A stretch of 63,690 nucleotides of DNA, counting the filler, from Dicyema japonicum (lineage: Eukaryota > Animalia > Dicyemida): the NCBI GenBank assembly GCA_011109175.1. It is 12 parts of 12 records of this genome, joined end to end, with 100 filler letters (N's around TTAATTAATTAA, not from the genome) between each part and the next. Parts side by side here need not be neighbours in the genome. Positions count along the whole stretch, not along the records: positions 46,719 to 50,781 come from RDEW01000008.1; positions 50,882 to 52,154 come from RDEW01000098.1; positions 52,255 to 54,340 come from RDEW01000213.1; positions 54,441 to 55,770 come from RDEW01000148.1; positions 55,871 to 57,627 come from RDEW01000013.1; positions 57,728 to 61,055 come from RDEW01000340.1; 6 more parts are not named here. One strand, written 5' to 3'. The stretch's first letter is position 1. Each line of letters begins with the position of its first letter. Made by a program: the position numbers and the translations under genes. Shown piece by piece: positions 48,856 to 61,155 of this stretch. The notes beneath the pieces are model-generated. The model was not told the origin of the DNA and did not search any database. It saw only the letters and a list, made by a program, of their open reading frames with translations.

Positions 48856-49351
48856 TTATAATAACGAATACAAATAAAATTTAAACGTCATTCTATCCAT
48901 TACGATAACAACCTCATCTGTGGCAGACCTTATTAAAAATACCTGATAATCAACTGCTTTGGCCCCGAGTGAGTTAAACAACCTTAGCCATTGGGGGACA
49001 TAGACACTCACAACTATGGGATTTGGTGAAATTATGTTTTTGTCGAACTCTAATACCTCATGCTGAGGCCCATACTTCAATGCTCTATTTTCATTCCGAT
49101 GATACTCTTGTCTTTATGTATGCCGAAGACAAAATCGATATTTCACTGTATAGTATCAATCTTGAATCGACAAAGAAATCTCCGAAACATATTGACTTAG
49201 CCAACAAGTATAAGTTTTCAAGGTCTTTCACCCCATGACAGATTCTAGTAATCTCCAGAAGATGGTGACCATCGTAGTTATCAAATAAGCTTTTTACCCG
49301 TGTCTCACCATCTGTCTTGGAATTAAGAGGTCGAAAGCTATCCATAATCAT
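48856..49351 (-). CDS. Hypothetical protein fragments
   Basis: Two adjacent protein-like ORFs (86 and 74 aa) with no motif I recognise; the junction could not be spliced cleanly. Confidence 0.25.
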
Positions 49352-49927
49352 ATCACCGCTCGAGTGATTTTTTTTCTGGATCTAGATTGTTCTCCCCCAT
49401 CAACCAACACGTAAAAAGTATTTTTAGATAAGTAACTACGAGGCTGCTTCTCTCAGACTTTCTCTACGTATATTAAATTGTCAACAAACACGGAGTCTTA
49501 GTGTACGCATCATGTCTTAGCAATCTGACAAAGAAATATATGGTACTCTGTGAAGACATCAAAGTAATAAATAATCCTTATTACCTAAAAAGTAAAATGT
49601 TGTTTGTGTAGAAAAAATATCATACAATGAGCGGAAGTCTGCTCTTTGTATTGTGTTGTTTTTAAGTGTTCGAAAAATAAGGTTGAGCATGGGTTGTTAT
49701 ATTTTCAGTTATACACGGTAGGAAAATGGTATATCAATGCATTTTTAGAGTTACAGACATACATTCTATTTATTAAGAATTTTGTTTTCATCAAAAGTCC
49801 TATATGAAATTTAAAAAATATCTTATTTCCATCGAAAGTCCTTATACACGTTGGACTGAACAAGGGAGTGATGATTTGGAGATTTATTTCCATGAATGGA
49901 ACTCTTTCAATTATTAAAAATTTTATC

Positions 49928-50131
49928 TTCCAAAAGAATTCTTATTTTTCTAAAAAACTATATCTTCTGAAAAAGAATTCTTATTTTTTCAAACATTCCT
50001 CACTTTTTTTAACAAATGTAAAAAATTTGTTCCAAAAGAATTCTTATTTTTCTAAAAAACTATATCTTCTGAAAAAGAATTCTTATTTTTTCAAACATTC
50101 CTCACTTTTTTTAACAAATGTAAAAAATTTG
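49928..50131. repeat. Exact two-copy tandem duplication, 102-bp unit
   Basis: 49928-50029 = 50030-50131. Confidence 0.95.
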
Positions 50132-50912
50132 TTAATAACAAAATATTATTTATTAACTATAAGGGAGAGGGGCTCCTGACATCACGGAGTAAGCGTTTCC
50201 GCTGACAACTTTCCTCATTAAAACATAAATGGCGTTATATTCAAGAACAATTTTATTTTTGAAATATTTAAATTATTTTTAAAATTATTAATATGCTACC
50301 TTTCAACAATTGCAACTAGTATGCATAAGGGTCATCCTACTGAACTCTAACAGTGATATTTCGACTGACTCTGACATAAGATGTTATTTATGAGAAAGTA
50401 TATCGCACACACGTTTTTTAAGAGAAGAAAATAGATTATTAGCGATCTGGAATGAAATCCATTAATTAGATAATTTACTCGTTTTACTTTGATGTTATGA
50501 TTTTATTACGAAATTAGTAAATTAGTATATGATTGCAATCAAAGTAACTATTCAATCAACCGAGTCGAGAATTTTATATTGACTAAAATGTAAAAACATT
50601 GAAATAATCCAGTCCTCTAATAATTACTTCAATATTATTCAACATCAATGATACGTATCATATACTTCACAGTAGCAGTAATAAACTGACAAAATAACTA
50701 ACTATACGTGTTAGGTTTTTAGTGTCGAATTTGCACATCAATAAACATCGAGTGGTTCAATTTTGATAGTTTTTTGAACAANNNNNNNNNNNNNNNNNNN
50801 NNNNNNNNNNNNNNNNNNNNNNNNNTTAATTAATTAANNNNNNNNNNNNNNNNNNNNNNNNNNNNNNNNNNNNNNNNNNNNCGAGTCTGCTATTCCACAA
50901 ATTATAGAAACT

Positions 50913-51221
50913 TTGAACAAATGGACTCCTTCTATGCTTCCGACCACTCACGTTCATTATACGAATTTGAAATATTACCTATCATCGTTTCTCATCACAG
51001 TTGATGATATCCGAGGAGGATTGAGTTCTTTGGAAAGTATATACGATCGAATCAAGTTGAATTTTAATCAAAGTAGAATGTTTTATGGGATAACTTCCAA
51101 TATGTCTATGCTGGCTTATAAAATAATAACTTATAGGGGATATCTTGGGCTTCCGGTTTCAAAAAAGTTATATTCGGAGGTGAGAAAATATTGGAACCAT
51201 TTAGACCGTGAACATGCTTAA
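50913..51221 (+). mobile_element. Possible degenerate non-LTR RT remnant
   Basis: ITVDDI, IKLNFNQS and YRGYLGLP loosely match RT domains 5-7. Confidence 0.3.
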
Positions 51222-52259
51222 GATTACTCATGGAGATAAGAATGAACACCTCGACTTTTTGAGGACATCCGTCTTTAATGTTTTGTGGTTCAAAAAATTA
51301 CTTATTAATTAATAATGGTCTCTTTCCTAAGGAGTTTGATTTCTTTTATAAATAACCCGTTTTAGTTTTCTAGTTGCCATTATAATTGTAGTGTTACATT
51401 ATATCACCGTANATTTTTGTTGATTCTCTCTCCGCCCGAGAGTAATAGGATCGTTTTGGTTGGGTAGTTGCCGCCCTTTATGATAGCAGTGTCATATTTA
51501 GTTTTGATCTTACAAGGTCAATTATTCTGATAACAAAGTTCATCATAAAAACATGAAATGTAAATATTTTGAGTGTTCCAGTTTTAAATCCAGTCAAATT
51601 GGATACTTTTCATTGAATCTTTCCATTACTGCATTTTTTATATTTCCCTATAAACTTAAGTCTTACCAATCTTATGGTCAGTTCCAAGTCATCAACTATG
51701 GATAACACAGAATTCATTGATTATTCTCAATTCTAATGAGATCTTCCCGATAAGCACGTGCAAATTCATATTACATAATTATGCTTTTATTTTTGATATT
51801 ATAATTAAAATACCGCTTCTTTCTGATTTAGCCTTTCAGGAAATATTGCTGTTTCCAACTAAGATTTGTTTGCATTCCGAGTCGTTGGAAGTAAATAGCT
51901 TTTTGAAATAATTTGCAATGTTTGTTGGCAGATCCGTCTAGTCGCCGATTTCACTGCTATAGTCACTTTATATAGTTATGGGTGGTTTATGCTGGAAAGA
52001 GCATAAATTACTAGTAAAACTTTCGGTTGCTGACACTCATTGCTAATTTTTCATTTGGCTTTCATTCATTCTATAACAAAGTCCTGGGTTCGATTCCCGT
52101 TGCTGGATACTTTACTGAAAGTTTCTCTTCCTTTCCTCTGTATTTTTGTTCACTNNNNNNNNNNNNNNNNNNNNNNNNNNNNNNNNNNNNNNNNNNNNTT
52201 AATTAATTAANNNNNNNNNNNNNNNNNNNNNNNNNNNNNNNNNNNNNNNNNNNNCTGAA

Positions 52260-52830
52260 TGCAATAACAATATCATCTGCATAAGCCAGAAAAAGGTCAT
52301 CCTCATGCTCCGGAGTCGGGATATCATTCAAAAAAAGATTGAAGAGTATAGGGACAGAGGAGATCTTTGGGATATTCCATTTTAAGTTAAACGGGAGCTC
52401 GACCGTAGGTTTCCCAAACGGACTAGTTCCCTTCGTCTATTGAGGAAATTCACCTGCCAGAGTTTGCAATTCCCAGGTATATCCGTCTGACAGATCTTCC
52501 TGGTGAGTCTTTTTATTGGGATAAAGTCGAATGCCTTGTGAATCTCTACAGAACATAGAATTGTCATTTTGTGCCTGGGTTTGTTGGTGAACCCCGAGCG
52601 AATAAAATTACTCAGGGATATTAGGTGGGTATCCGTCGAGCGAAAAGATTTAAATCCGTGTTGGAATGGTTTCTTTGGTATTGTTCCTCTGATCTTCTAA
52701 AGAACTAGTTTTTCCAAAATTTTCGACATTGAAAATAGCAACGATACCGGTCTGAATGATGCGGGTCGTTTTTGGTTTTCCCATCTTCAATATCAGGCGG
52801 ATGTAGACGAGTTTTATTTTTTATTAATTT
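52260..52830 (-). mobile_element. Degenerate Jockey/I-like RT remnant
   Basis: SVEIHKAFDFIP...TDIPGN..LW..NFLNRR, then NGISQRSPLSP; homologous to the 18200-18860 and 33107 pieces. Confidence 0.65.
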
Positions 52831-53175
52831 TAATTATTTTTACTTATTTAAACAAATTTTTATTTGATAAATAATTGCAAAAAGTTTCAAACATTGACAA
52901 AAATCGCAAAAGATTGACTATAGAATTTTCCTGGGAATCCGTAAAATCTGGAGCTCTGTAGTTGTTTGAATAATTTTCCAGAACGATTCGAAGACAACAA
53001 ATTAATTTAAAAAAAGAAACCAACATAAGAAAATAAAAACCTAAACCTAAAAAGTCAAGAAATAGGTCCAAGTTCTAGAAAAAAAGAGTACGAAAATTAG
53101 AACAAGCGATAAGATAGTTGTCAAACCACTTGACTTCTCATCAACATTTGAAAATACAGGATGCTAGGAGTCGCA

Positions 53176-53385
53176 CAAAGATACCTTTATATTTAAACAC
53201 TCTTTTAATAACAAAAATGTTTCACTTAAAAATTGTTTCACTGTAGAATTACTATAATATGAGATTTAAAATAAGATGGACAAAGATACCTTTATATTTA
53301 AACACTCTTCTAATAACAAAAATGTTTCACTTAAAAATTGTTTCACTGTAGAATTACTATAATATGAGATTTAAAATAAGATGGA
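53176..53385. repeat. Two-copy tandem duplication, 105-bp unit
   Basis: caaagatacc... starts at 53176 and 53281; 1 mismatch seen. Confidence 0.95.
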
Positions 53386-54440
53386 TCTCAATATTAGATA
53401 ACAGTCAAAAATACAAAATTTATTTTCTTATCTGGATATCATCGTATAGATAATATGATTTTTAATAACTTAATTTAAACGAAAGTTGTTCTAATATTTG
53501 AAAACAAACATGTATAGTAACAATTTCCCAAACAAGTCGACTCTCGTGGTTTCTTTTAGTTAGCGATAAATCATTAACAGAATTAGAAAGTAAATTTCCA
53601 ATGTTGGGATTTAATAAGAATAACACACGGATTCGAGTAATTATTAAATTAAAAAGTTAAAAAAAAAATTAACAATCATAATAACAACACACAAGTTAAT
53701 TTAATTTAATAAGTGAAAAATCAATTAATTTAGTCCATTTTTCAATTACGAAGTTAAATATTAACATTTTAACATTTCTCGAAATTCGTTTTTAATTAGG
53801 TTAAAAAAATACAATTTAATGTTAAAATAAAGTATTCTTCCTTATTTCTCAATAGATTAAATTTGAGAAACATTAGTTTTAATACGTAACTACAAGACAC
53901 TTGCAAATAATCTTTTAATTCAAGAATTTTTTTATCTTCAATATTTCAATACAATCCAATGTTCAACACAATTAAACATATTTGTTTTGGATTTAAAACT
54001 TTTTGTGATAAAATGCTTGCAATAAAATAGAAGAACTTTTAAGTTTTAGAGTAATTGGAATTAAAGCGCATTATGATTGTATTATATTTTCCGACTAAAA
54101 GTTGGCTCCGCAATTGTTGTCCATCTTTCTAGTGGTGTATGGTTTACGACCTCAACTGTCATTACAAGCCTATAATTATTTTTGTTAAAATGAAGATCTT
54201 TCACAAATTAAAGATTCTACAGTATCAAGAACGCTATCTCACATTTAAATAAAATATTTAAAATTGGTTTAAATCGTTTATAAGAAAATAACCAAACTTC
54301 ATTTATGATATATTCAAAGCCTGCTAAATTGAATTAAGAANNNNNNNNNNNNNNNNNNNNNNNNNNNNNNNNNNNNNNNNNNNNTTAATTAATTAANNNN
54401 NNNNNNNNNNNNNNNNNNNNNNNNNNNNNNNNNNNNNNNN

Positions 54441-54757
54441 CATTGGGCCTTCCTTTGCTGCCGATTTGTATTTGAAGTACTGAGATTTTGTCTGTTACTC
54501 TTTGCCATCGTTTGAGTCCACCCCATAGTCTTTTGTGGATCACGAATCCTTGTCCATAATGCTTGCAGTCGGAGGGTAGTAAGATCATTCGGTAATTTCC
54601 ATGTGTTAAGTCCATTCCAGATTTTTGTTTAGTCTCTTGTAGGCATCCGATGTCAGCGCGATAATTATCCATGTCGTTACAGAGAGCGTGCTGTTTCCAA
54701 GGCTGGCAGAGTCCACGAACGTTAAAAGATAGAATAGATAGCTCATCCGGTAGTTTG
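54441..54757 (-). mobile_element. APE endonuclease N-terminus of an RTE-like element (truncated by scaffold end)
   Basis: LSILSFNVRGL...DIGCLQETK...YGQGFVI. Confidence 0.85.
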
Positions 54758-54899
54758 TGTGTGTTCTAGACATAGTTCAAAAGAGGCACGTCACCGTGTT
54801 AATATCATTTTTAAAATTCATTAATAAAGTAAAGAAGGTATAAATTAACTTTAAAATTATTTACAAGACTTTTAATTAATTGTAGAATCATTTCTGTTT

Positions 54900-55484
54900 T
54901 CACAGATAAACTGAATTTTCATCGAAATCCATTTCATATTGAGAATGCCAATTTGTACAAATCTCTGTCAATTGCTTTTTATTAGGAAAGTAGTAGTTTT
55001 CATCAAACACATAAGAATGATAATATGGGTCAAATCCGTCAAAATAATTAGTAGATTCCCACATCATATAAGGATCATATATTGGTGTTTCAAAGTCATA
55101 TTTTGTACCAGTGATTGTTGACTGATGTTTCGAAATAGTAGACGGACAATTTGGAGAAGTTGATAATTGGATCGGTAATTCATATTTGGTATATTTCAGA
55201 TTTGATGGTTGTGTTTCGTTTTGTTCAACAAAAATGTAGGTATTTCTTGAATGAGGTATCTTTTTAAGAATTTTTGGATATTTGTAGTATGTCCTGAGAG
55301 CCCTCGATAGTTTTTGTTCGTTCATGGAAGGGTTTTGTTTGCATTGCCCCCATAAAAATGCCAATAAATCTCCATTCGTAATTTCAAATATTTTCGCAGA
55401 TTTATTTTTCCACTTGATTGCTTTATTTTCAGTTTCTAATAATTCAAGTATGAATTTCGAAAGTTTAATTCGCTCTATTGCCAT
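54900..55484 (-). CDS. ETS-domain transcription factor, divergent, 194 aa, intronless
   Basis: KFILELLE...IKWKN...FEITNGDLLAFLWGQCKQNPSMNEQKLSRALRTYY...ILKKI...TYIF. The ORF is intact; subfamily not assignable. Confidence 0.9.
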   Translation of the reverse strand: MAIERIKLSKFILELLETENKAIKWKNKSAKIFEITNGDLLAFLWGQCKQNPSMNEQKLSRALRTYYKYPKILKKIPHSRNTYIFVEQNETQPSNLKYTKYELPIQLSTSPNCPSTISKHQSTITGTKYDFETPIYDPYMMWESTNYFDGFDPYYHSYVFDENYYFPNKKQLTEICTNWHSQYEMDFDENSVYL

Positions 55485-56312
55485 TTCCCGTTATTAGACT
55501 GCGCTCTTTTATATGAAAACTGATCGCGCTAAAAAGCTTCCGTTTTTATTTTTTAGCTTTATTCTTGTTTTTTCTAACAAATATAAATGCTAATATGTTT
55601 CTAGAATGTTAAATTTATTAAAAAAACTAAATTTTTTAATTAGTTTTTTAAATTTATAACTAAAAATATTCAGGTTTACAAAATATCGATTGCAATATTG
55701 ATTATTTGGGGGGGTATATTGATTATCGATTTAATATTGATTATTAAAATTTATAAACTTAGTTTAAATTNNNNNNNNNNNNNNNNNNNNNNNNNNNNNN
55801 NNNNNNNNNNNNNNTTAATTAATTAANNNNNNNNNNNNNNNNNNNNNNNNNNNNNNNNNNNNNNNNNNNNGTTGATTGTTCCATCACTGAAATTGATATT
55901 ATCGGATGTTGTGGGTCTCAGCGGAAATCATAAAAAATTCCACTCAGCAATGATCCCACCCGTCGAAGAATTGACGAAATGAGCATAAATATTGAGTTGG
56001 GTTTTTAATGAGGTTAGTAGAGATTAAGACTACCTTTAAATATCTTTGACGTTACAAGGAGATCATGTAACAATTATAAATGCTAAAAGAATAATAAAAT
56101 TTTTTATAGATATTTCAAAAAAATGAAATTTGTCACTGAATTCGAAAAAATTGAACCTTTAGCGTTTTCCATAATTTTTTCAACCTAATTTCGACAGTAA
56201 CTTTGACTGGAAATTTCATATCCCAATTTTTTAAAGAAATCAATAAATTTAGTAAAATCATTCGTTTCATTCATTTGTTTCATTCTTTACCAGAAAATGT
56301 AAAATATTATCT

Positions 56313-56592
56313 AATTTTTTGTTTTACCAAACAGAAATAAAATTTTTCATTTTTAGGTCTATTTAATTGACTTTTTAAGTTCATTTTTTGAATTTAAGAG
56401 CAACTTGTCGGTTGCCCTATTTATCAGTAAAAACTAAACTTTTTCGTTTTTCAATTTTTTGTTTTACCAAACAGAAATAAAATTTTTCATTTTTAGGTCT
56501 ATTTAATTGACTTTTTAAGTTCATTTTTTGAATTTAAGAGCAACTTGTCGGTTGCCCTATTTATCAGTAAAAACTAAACTTTTTCGTTTTTC
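56313..56592. repeat. Two-copy tandem duplication, 140-bp unit
   Basis: gttttaccaaacag... starts at 56321 and 56461. Confidence 0.95.
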
Positions 56593-57152
56593 TGATTAAT
56601 TTTGATATTCCTCAGAAAATTATTATTCAAATACAAAATTCTAAACTCCGATTAAGAGAGTTTTTTGAATACCTCAATTTCTCGGATTTACCAGAATTCG
56701 AAGAAATTTCGAAAAATGTTAATTCGATCTCTCAGATAATCTTGTAGTCTCCAACTTTATATCTCGTTGAGAGGGGATACAGCTCACTTGATGGAGTTCG
56801 CTATTCACAGAGTTATTGAAGTTCAATGTACAAATTTTATCGTGTGAATGACTGGATGACAGTCGCGAATGGGCACATGTGGAAACTTAGTATATTTTAC
56901 ATTTTGTTCCTATGATATCGTCAATAATCATGAATTTTTCACTCCCAGTAAATTGATTAATGAATTTAACCAAATTCAAATACAAGTCGCACTAGCACTA
57001 AGCGGGACCTGAGAGCATATAATGGTACGACATCGAAGAGATCTTGCATTAATTTGATAACCCTCAATATAAAGGAAAGACGCAAGAGTAACTAACATCT
57101 GGTTAAGGTATATCCAGTTCTTACGGTTGGAGTGTGATGAATCCTTTCCAAA

Positions 57153-57453
57153 TGTCGCATGTCATTACGGTTACTGATGCCATAACAGTTACGGTGGTAA
57201 TAAGGTCAGTCAGGGACATTGTATTAAATATTTATTTTGCATTAATAATAAAGCTCACTGACACTGTTAAACAGAATCAGATCGCTCACCGCAAAAATGA
57301 TAGTAAAGATAAGAGCTGGCTAATTGAGCGCATTTCCCTGCAAATTGTCAAGGGAAATGCGTTCTCGATTATGTGAACAGCCTGTAATTGCTAACTTAAT
57401 TTTTGCCTTGAATCTGCTGCATAAATAAAAAGTAACCGTGATGACATGTGACA
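57153..57453. mobile_element. 301-bp MITE candidate with 23-bp TIRs and TGT...ACA termini
   Basis: tgtcgcatgtcattacggttact (57153-57175) versus agtaaccgtgatgacatgtgaca (57431-57453), 21/23 complementary. No clean TSD. Confidence 0.5.
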
Positions 57454-57727
57454 CCGAGCATCATGTCCATCCATATCCGCCATTATGGGAACCCCTCGGC
57501 TGGAGTAGGGAGGAGATAGATTATTTTTTGCATGTCGGGCAGGCACTGGGATTATCCCAAGTAAAGTGAATCATTGCATCAGGACCATTGAGTTAAAAGA
57601 GAAGGAATGTCCCATCTAACTAAGTGANNNNNNNNNNNNNNNNNNNNNNNNNNNNNNNNNNNNNNNNNNNNTTAATTAATTAANNNNNNNNNNNNNNNNN
57701 NNNNNNNNNNNNNNNNNNNNNNNNNNN

Positions 57728-59831
57728 TGTCTACCTTAATTTGGACCATGGTGTTCTCTACTACAGATTGCACATTATGAGTCCGCAACTTTCTGGTGTG
57801 GCGAATACCATACTTATTGCATAGTAGGAGATGAAGACTCCTTACTACCTCGTTGTGCCTCCACACATAGTCGTGGCAGAGCATGGATCCACATCGAGTG
57901 GCTAAATGATCAACCGACATGCTCCTTGACTTACAGTGGGGACATGTATTTGTTGATCGACCCCAAAAAATATTGCGGTCTTGCATATACGTGTACAACG
58001 CCTCCGATCGAGGTGAGTTGTCACCGTATTTTAGCCATATTGTCGACGACTTAAGGTCGACATGTGGGTTGTCCAATGCTCTGAAGAGGACCTTATGAAG
58101 GCTTTTTAAGTTGATCTTTTCCATCAAATTATTATATTGTAATTCGATCAACGCCTTCACATTTACTAGCCCACCATCATCAACACCATACTTAGCAGAC
58201 AAAAAAGGTCTGATAGTGCCTAGGTGGGTTGCCCGTGTTTTCTCGGTCGTTATTATGGCGTGCTTCCTAGCAGACACACTTGACCCAGCTATCAGGGTGT
58301 CGTGCATTCGCATTAGGATACGCTCACTTAGTTGGACTACTCCACACAGTCCACGGCCGAATTTATCACGGGGTAAATATAGTCTCTCCTTATTGGCTGC
58401 CAACACATGGACATGGTTCTCTCTGAGTACTCCACGGATCATAACATCCATCTCATCATACTCTTTGGGCTCAAACTCCACAACACCTATGTAGTAGTTT
58501 AGCAGCGAGACAGCATACTCATTTAATGCTAGGAACAAATTCCTTGCATTTAGAGACGTCTTACACAATAACGCTGCTCTTTTACGGATGCCTTCAGTAA
58601 TTTGTCGCTTTGTCTCAGGCATTATAAGGGACTTTGGAGATTCGGTAACACCCAGATACTTATATCCTTCGTGTTCCTCTAGGACTCTTACTAACTCGCT
58701 ACATACTTGCGTGTTAGTCGCAGACTTTGAATAATTCAAATCTAGCCCTATACTCTCAAAGAATTCCCTGGCACAGACCCCCATGGAGTAGAGCTCCTCG
58801 GCTGTTCGAGCATACATCTTCAAGTCATCGATAAAAAGAAGGTGATTTGTACTGAAACAGACCCCTTCACAATGAACTGGTATTTGCTCAAACCGGTCAT
58901 TGAGGCGGCGACTCAATGGCTCCAAACAGAGAACAAAGAGTAGCGGAGACATGCTATCCCCCTGAAGGATCCCCCTCTTGAGTTTTACCTCGCCTATCCG
59001 GTGCCTATTATAGTTCAGATGAATACTCCACCTATTCATCACAGCCACTACAAAGCTGATGAACCACACAGGCATACACAGACTGTGTAGGCACTCGACA
59101 AGGTAAGAATGATCAACTGAATCGTAAGCCTTCTTCACATCCACCCACATAGACAAAAGTGAGTTTCCGTGAGACACAGAAAGGCATTTGTTGATCAAAG
59201 CCTGCTCTTTTGCCCCCTGACAATTTCGCACAGTTCCCAACTGATTCTCGGAGAGAATCCCATTTGCGTCTACAAAGCTCCTGACCTCATTAGCCAATTT
59301 GGTCATCAGCTTATACAGGGTTGGCATGCAGGTTATCGGTCGATAATCTGCAGCAGACTGGGGGTTGTCCAGCTTTGGGATCAAATAAGTTGTCCCTGTG
59401 CATGCCCAATCAGGAATCGTTTCCGGGTTAGTGATGCTTTTCTGTAATACACGACACATAGACTCGTGTAATGAAGTGCATCTTTTGATAAAGAAATTAT
59501 AAACTTTATCGACCCCGGTCGTCTTCCAATCAGGGAGATGTCTCACTACCGCCTCAAATTTCTTGCGAAAATCGAAAATTCCGCAAGATTCCGCCAAGAA
59601 AGGAGCGGCGCTGTACGGGACATTCCACGCATTTCCTCTGCGTGGTTTAGCCTCCCACATACTACCCCATGTGGAAAGCATTTCCGCGTCCTGCTGGGAA
59701 CATACACTATGGCCATTTTCGTGTAGGCGACGGTAAAACAATCTGCGATTAAACTCAAACAGATTATTTTCTCTCCTTCTCTTACACCGACTTTCATGTG
59801 TATAGAGTTTCCTCTTATACACATTATTCAC
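57728..59831 (-). mobile_element. R4/Dong-clade-like non-LTR retrotransposon ORF (RT plus CCHC), cut by gap before the endonuclease
   Basis: Uninterrupted ORF of about 700 aa: PDWKTTGVD, GTTYLIPK, DYRPITCMPTLYK, VDVKKAYDSVDH, GILQGDSMSPLLF, HLLFIDDLK, YKYLGV, LYLPRDKFGRGL and CPHC...DHLATRC...YVWRHNEV. Confidence 0.9.
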
Positions 59832-59976
59832 GGGTCTGACAAATTTTTCTTTGTCATCGTCTTGTCACGTCGTCTGTGACAAAACATATCAAATTTATTA
59901 ATAAATTTAATTAATTAATAATTTGTAGAAGAATAAATAAATAATTTGGCACATTCAATTGACTTTGTGTAGTGGT

Positions 59977-60663
59977 ATGGATGACGAAAACGGAACATAT
60001 CGTCTTTGGAGAATTCACAAGAACATCTTTGAAGTAAATAACCAAACCTTATTAAATTAGATGTTAAACGACAGAAACTACATAGTTAGCTCAGATGAAC
60101 TAAATCTTTCCTTAGAAGACTTCCGTCGAACGATAAAGTCTCGAAAAGACATGAAACATCACCGTCGAGCATCAATTCGACATTCAGCGTATTCTTGTTT
60201 TGTAATTATCTCCAGAAAGGCTGTTGGTCTTTTCCTGACGAAAAGAAGGTCGGGATCAGCCAAATAAAGACGCTGTGCATAGAAATGCAGAAACAGAGGC
60301 TTTCTGCAGCATAATCATAGTTCCAGGCCTCGTTGACTCCCTCGGCCAAGCAAGCACTGGTCAATATGAGACCAAAATACATGATTGAGGAGTTTTCTGA
60401 ATCTGAACTTCTCATAAACATTACAAAACACTATCTGGTCCCCAAACACGAGCTGATGACTGAAGAACAAAAAAAGCAGCTTTTGGCAAAATAGTGACTT
60501 GTATTGTGACTCGTTTAGTAAGATTAAGGAGACTCAGTTGCCCAGAATTCAAGTTTCTGATCCTGTTTGTAGGTATTATGGACTGAGGAGGGGGCAAGTT
60601 GTTAAGATTTCCAGAACGAGTGAGACCGCTGGACGTTATTTGACTTATAGATATGTCATTTAA
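59977..60663 (+). CDS. POLR2E: RNA polymerase I/II/III common subunit RPB5
   Basis: [85 protein letters not shown]. Introns 60034-60060, 60189-60215 and 60494-60518; about 4 homopolymer indels. Confidence 0.95.
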
Positions 60664-61155
60664 TCCTTTATTGTGATTTGTTGATTTTTGTAAAGATTTT
60701 AGTCTTAATTGGCGGGATTGTATTTGCTTTGCAGGGGATGGTAGGTATTATTGTGGAGTTGGTTATGGATATTGAGTTTGCGACGTCACTTTGTTGTATG
60801 AAAAGTATCCTCTTCTTCTGATTGGTGAAAACCGCATATCTCATTTTCTTGTGCATTGGGGGTGTGAGATATTGGAAGAAGGTCACTTTATAAGAGCTTG
60901 TTGATGTGGTCGAGTAGGTGACATGGTAACTTATAAAATGATGTGTCTGAATGTGTACGTATGATGTTCTAATTTATTCATGTTAGATGAGAACTGAGAG
61001 TTCACACTAAATCTAAGTGTCCGTCACGAATTGGGGGGAATTCACTCCAAAATTTNNNNNNNNNNNNNNNNNNNNNNNNNNNNNNNNNNNNNNNNNNNNT
61101 TAATTAATTAANNNNNNNNNNNNNNNNNNNNNNNNNNNNNNNNNNNNNNNNNNNN

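Noticed and set aside
49868-50179. 103-aa ORF with an internal 34-aa repeat
   Set aside because: It is produced by the 102-bp duplication in AT-rich DNA; composition is not protein-like.
52087-52097. tRNA T-loop/B-box GGTTCGATTCC
   Set aside because: No A-box, D-arm or acceptor stem upstream.
57130-57330. GPCR TM2-like reading (MSLTDLITTVTVM...W) on the minus strand
   Set aside because: Short, surrounded by stops, and overlaps the TIR-bounded segment; no other GPCR motifs.
58111-59824. Plus-strand ORFs inside the R4 element, and similar antisense ORFs at 9169, 31499, 37967 and 61673
   Set aside because: They are antisense shadows of real coding sequence.
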